Of a DNA stretch of 64,000 nucleotides, positions 61,113 to 64,000 are shown one piece after another (positions within the stretch are counted from its first letter, which is position 1; each line of letters starts with the position of its first letter). The notes beneath the pieces were generated by a model, which worked only from the letters and a program-made list of their open reading frames with translations, was not told where the DNA came from and searched no databases. Made by a program: the position numbers and the translations under genes. Source of the DNA: an uncultured Lachnospiraceae bacterium (lineage in GTDB: Bacteria; Bacillota; Clostridia; Lachnospirales; Lachnospiraceae); contig CAMOXN010000001.1 of the NCBI GenBank assembly GCA_946629175.1, positions 2,192 through 66,191 on the forward strand. Reading direction: 5' to 3'.

Positions 61113-63224
61113 ATGGCAGCAGCACGAAAACGTAAACAGAATCTGGTCATCGTCGAGTCGCCCGCCAAGGTGAAGACGATCAAGAAGTTCCTGGGGAACA
61201 ATTATGATGTGGCGGCAAGTTACGGGCACGTCAGGGACCTTCCCAAGAGCAGGATGGGGATCGACGTGGACAATGACTATGAACCCAAATACATCACGAT
61301 CCGCGGAAAAGGGGAACTGCTGGCGGACCTGAGGAAAAAAGTGAAGAAGGCTGACTGCATCTATCTCGCGACGGACCCTGACCGGGAAGGAGAGGCGATC
61401 TCCTGGCACCTGATCGCGGCACTCAAGCTCGATGAGATGAAGGACAAGAAGATATCCCGCATCACTTTTAACGAGATCACAAAGAGAGCGGTCACGGAGT
61501 CTTTAAAGAACGCCAGGGATATCGATACCAATCTTGTGGATGCCCAGCAGACACGCAGGATCCTCGACAGGGTCGTGGGCTACAGGATCTCCCCGCTCCT
61601 GTGGGCCAAGGTAAAGCGCGGATTGTCCGCGGGAAGAGTACAGTCAGTCGCCCTCAGGATGATCGGCGACAGGGAAGACGAGATCAGCGCTTTTATCCCG
61701 CAGGAATACTGGACGCTCGACGCGGTCCTAACCGCAAAGGGGCAGTCTAAGCCTTTTACGGTGCATTACTGCGGAAGGATCGGAGAAGACGGCAAGCCGG
61801 TCAAGGAGGAACTTGAGAATAAAGAGCATGTAACAGGGATCATCGAGGCGATCGACGGCGCGCGCTTTTATGTGTACGATGTCAGAAAATCGGAGAGGAC
61901 GAGGAAATCACCGCTTCCGTTCACGACATCCACACTGCAGCAGGAAGCCAGCAAAGCCCTGGGCTTTTCCACGCAGAAGACAATGCGGATCGCCCAGCAG
62001 CTCTATGAAGGCGTCGAGATCAAGGGGAGCGGCACGGTCGCGCTGATCACTTACCTCAGGACGGACAGCACCCGCATCTCCGCGGAAGCGCAGGCGGCGG
62101 CATCGGACTATATTCTTAAGAATTACGGAAGCGAATATCTTCTGACACAGGAGAAGAACGGCAAAAGCGAAGGAAAGATCCAGGATGCCCACGAAGCGAT
62201 CCGCCCCACGGACCTGACGAATGAACCGGCATCGATCAAAGACTCGCTCTCCCGCGACCAGTACAGGCTGTACCGGCTGATCTGGAACCGCTTCATCGCG
62301 AGCCGCATGAGCGCGGCGAGATATGAGGTGCTTCAGGTGAAAGTCGCCGCGGACAAATACCTTTTCAATGCTTCCCAGTCAAGGCAGCTCTTCGACGGCT
62401 TCCAATGTGTCTACACCCAGTGCGAGAACGAAGAAAAGGGAGAAAAGCTCTCTGTAAAACTTGACAGGGACAGCGTGCTCAATTTTGTGGAATTCGATCC
62501 CAAACAGCACTTTACGCAGCCGCCGCCGCACTATACGGAGGCTTCGCTCGTGAAGGCGCTCGAGGAACAGGGGATCGGAAGACCGAGCACTTACGCGCCG
62601 ACGATCACGACGATCCTGGCAAGGCACTATATCGTCAAGGAGGACAAGAACCTCTATATGACGGAAATGGGGGAAGTGGTCAATTCGATGATGATGCGGG
62701 CGTTCCCCTCCATCGTGGACCCCGCGTTCACTGCGCAGATGGAAGGACTTCTGGACGGCGTAGCCGAGGGAACGGTCAAGTGGAAGACGGTCATCGAGAA
62801 TTTCTATCCCGACCTGGATGAAGCGGTGAAGCAGGCTGAGATAGATCTTGAAAAGGTGAAGATCGCCGACGAAGAGACGGATGAGGTCTGTGAGAACTGC
62901 GGAAGAAAAATGGTCATCAAGTACGGGCCCCACGGCAAATTCCTTGCGTGTCCCGGTTTTCCGGATTGCCACAACACCAAACCCTATTATGAGAAGATAG
63001 GTGTCCTGTGTCCCAAATGCGGCAAGGAGATCGTCGTCAAGAAGACCAAAAAAGGCCGTAAATACTACGGATGCCTCGGAAATCCCGAGTGCGATTTTAT
63101 GAGCTGGCAGAAACCGTCCGCCAGGAAATGCCCGGAATGCGGCGGGATGATGCTGGAAAAGGGGAACAGGCTGGTCTGTGAGAACAGGGACTGCGGACAT
63201 GTAGAGAACAAGCCGGAAGAGTGA
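61113..63224 (+). CDS. topA: DNA topoisomerase I
   Basis: IVESPAK, ATDPDREGEAI, SAGRVQS, ITYLRTDS, GIGRPSTY, three C-terminal Zn ribbons; ATG at 61113 after GAGGTG. Confidence 0.96.
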   Translation: MAAARKRKQNLVIVESPAKVKTIKKFLGNNYDVAASYGHVRDLPKSRMGIDVDNDYEPKYITIRGKGELLADLRKKVKKADCIYLATDPDREGEAISWHLIAALKLDEMKDKKISRITFNEITKRAVTESLKNARDIDTNLVDAQQTRRILDRVVGYRISPLLWAKVKRGLSAGRVQSVALRMIGDREDEISAFIPQEYWTLDAVLTAKGQSKPFTVHYCGRIGEDGKPVKEELENKEHVTGIIEAIDGARFYVYDVRKSERTRKSPLPFTTSTLQQEASKALGFSTQKTMRIAQQLYEGVEIKGSGTVALITYLRTDSTRISAEAQAAASDYILKNYGSEYLLTQEKNGKSEGKIQDAHEAIRPTDLTNEPASIKDSLSRDQYRLYRLIWNRFIASRMSAARYEVLQVKVAADKYLFNASQSRQLFDGFQCVYTQCENEEKGEKLSVKLDRDSVLNFVEFDPKQHFTQPPPHYTEASLVKALEEQGIGRPSTYAPTITTILARHYIVKEDKNLYMTEMGEVVNSMMMRAFPSIVDPAFTAQMEGLLDGVAEGTVKWKTVIENFYPDLDEAVKQAEIDLEKVKIADEETDEVCENCGRKMVIKYGPHGKFLACPGFPDCHNTKPYYEKIGVLCPKCGKEIVVKKTKKGRKYYGCLGNPECDFMSWQKPSARKCPECGGMMLEKGNRLVCENRDCGHVENKPEE

Positions 63225-63304
63225 GCCTGCGAAGCTGATCCGGCTTTCTGAGATCACCGGATCATCAGGGTTTATTAGTTTGCTTAGAAAGGGAAGGTGG
63301 CAAA

Positions 63305-64000
63305 TTGAACAGATCCCATACGATCGGAAATGTTAAGCTGCTGGACAATACAAGGAAAATAGAGAAACTGCTCCACAACAATGATACGGGGAAAGTCGTC
63401 TTCAACGATATCTGCAGGGTAATGAGCGACGTGCTCGAATCCAATATCCTCGTGATCAGTAAGAAGGGCAAGGTGCTGGGCTTCGGGGAATACGACAGCA
63501 TTCCGATCCTCAGCGACCTGATCACGGACCAGGTCGGAACTTTTATCGATCCCGCCCTCAACGAGAGGTTCCTGAGCGTCCTCTCCACCAATGAGAACGT
63601 AAGCCTCGGGACACTCGGATTTCTGAGTGAGGAGGACTGCGGGAACACGGGGATCATCGCCCCGATCGAGATCGCCGGCGAGAGGCTCGGGACAGTATTT
63701 ATTTACAGGGACAAACCGGTCTATGAGATCGACGACATCATTCTGTGCGAATACGGCACGACGGTAGTTGGGCTTGAGATGCTCCGCGCCGTGAGCGAGG
63801 AGACTGCGGAGGAGAGCCGCAAGATCAACGTGGTCAAATCGGCGATCAATACGCTCAGCTATACCGAGATGCACGCGATCATCCACATATTCGAGGAGCT
63901 GGGAGGCGTCGAAGGCATTCTGGTGGCCAGCAAGATCGCCGATAAGGCGGGGATCACGAGGAGCGTCGTCGTCAATGCCCTCAGGAAGTTCGAGTCCGCG
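63305..64000 (+). CDS. codY: Pleiotropic repressor CodY (cut by the window end; absent from the ORF track)
   Basis: TTG start after GGAAGGTGG; KLLDNTRKIEKLLHNN...VVFNDIC...GERLGT...EYGTTVVGLE...ASKIADKAGITRSVVVNALRKFESA. Confidence 0.92.
   Translation, partial: MNRSHTIGNVKLLDNTRKIEKLLHNNDTGKVVFNDICRVMSDVLESNILVISKKGKVLGFGEYDSIPILSDLITDQVGTFIDPALNERFLSVLSTNENVSLGTLGFLSEEDCGNTGIIAPIEIAGERLGTVFIYRDKPVYEIDDIILCEYGTTVVGLEMLRAVSEETAEESRKINVVKSAINTLSYTEMHAIIHIFEELGGVEGILVASKIADKAGITRSVVVNALRKFESA

Overview
A GC-rich (about 55% by eye) chromosomal segment of a Gram-positive anaerobe. The gene content and protein styles point to Clostridia, most likely Lachnospiraceae. Most of it is core housekeeping: an EF-G paralogue, leuS, gntR-icd, an ABC-F, rex-nnr-alr, yebC, ftsK, folD, nfnAB, phoH-ybeY plus two flavoproteins, proA, nudC, a heterodimeric ABC exporter, queT, a second ABC-F, a GDPD, ppdK, CIRCE-groES-groEL, rel, an MBL hydrolase, hemZ, topA and a codY cut by the window end. 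The left end holds a two-gene surface-protein locus: a giant sortase-anchored adhesin with thioester-, isopeptide- and ester-bond-type domains, and a coupled cell-wall-binding-repeat protein. I found no rRNA, tRNA, CRISPR array, transposase or prophage. The best candidates for undescribed biology are: (i) a TVGYG K+ channel fused to RCK-like and ryanodine-receptor (RyR)-repeat-like domains, in a PHP/queT gene run; (ii) a COG2509-type flavoprotein fused to 5-formyl-THF cyclo-ligase in an overlapping phoH-ybeY-HI0933 operon; (iii) a PD-(D/E)xK nuclease/SF1-like helicase fusion behind nudC; (iv) the multi-crosslink adhesin with non-canonical motifs; and (v) two families of REP-like palindromes. 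All family assignments come from motif recognition by eye, not from database searches.
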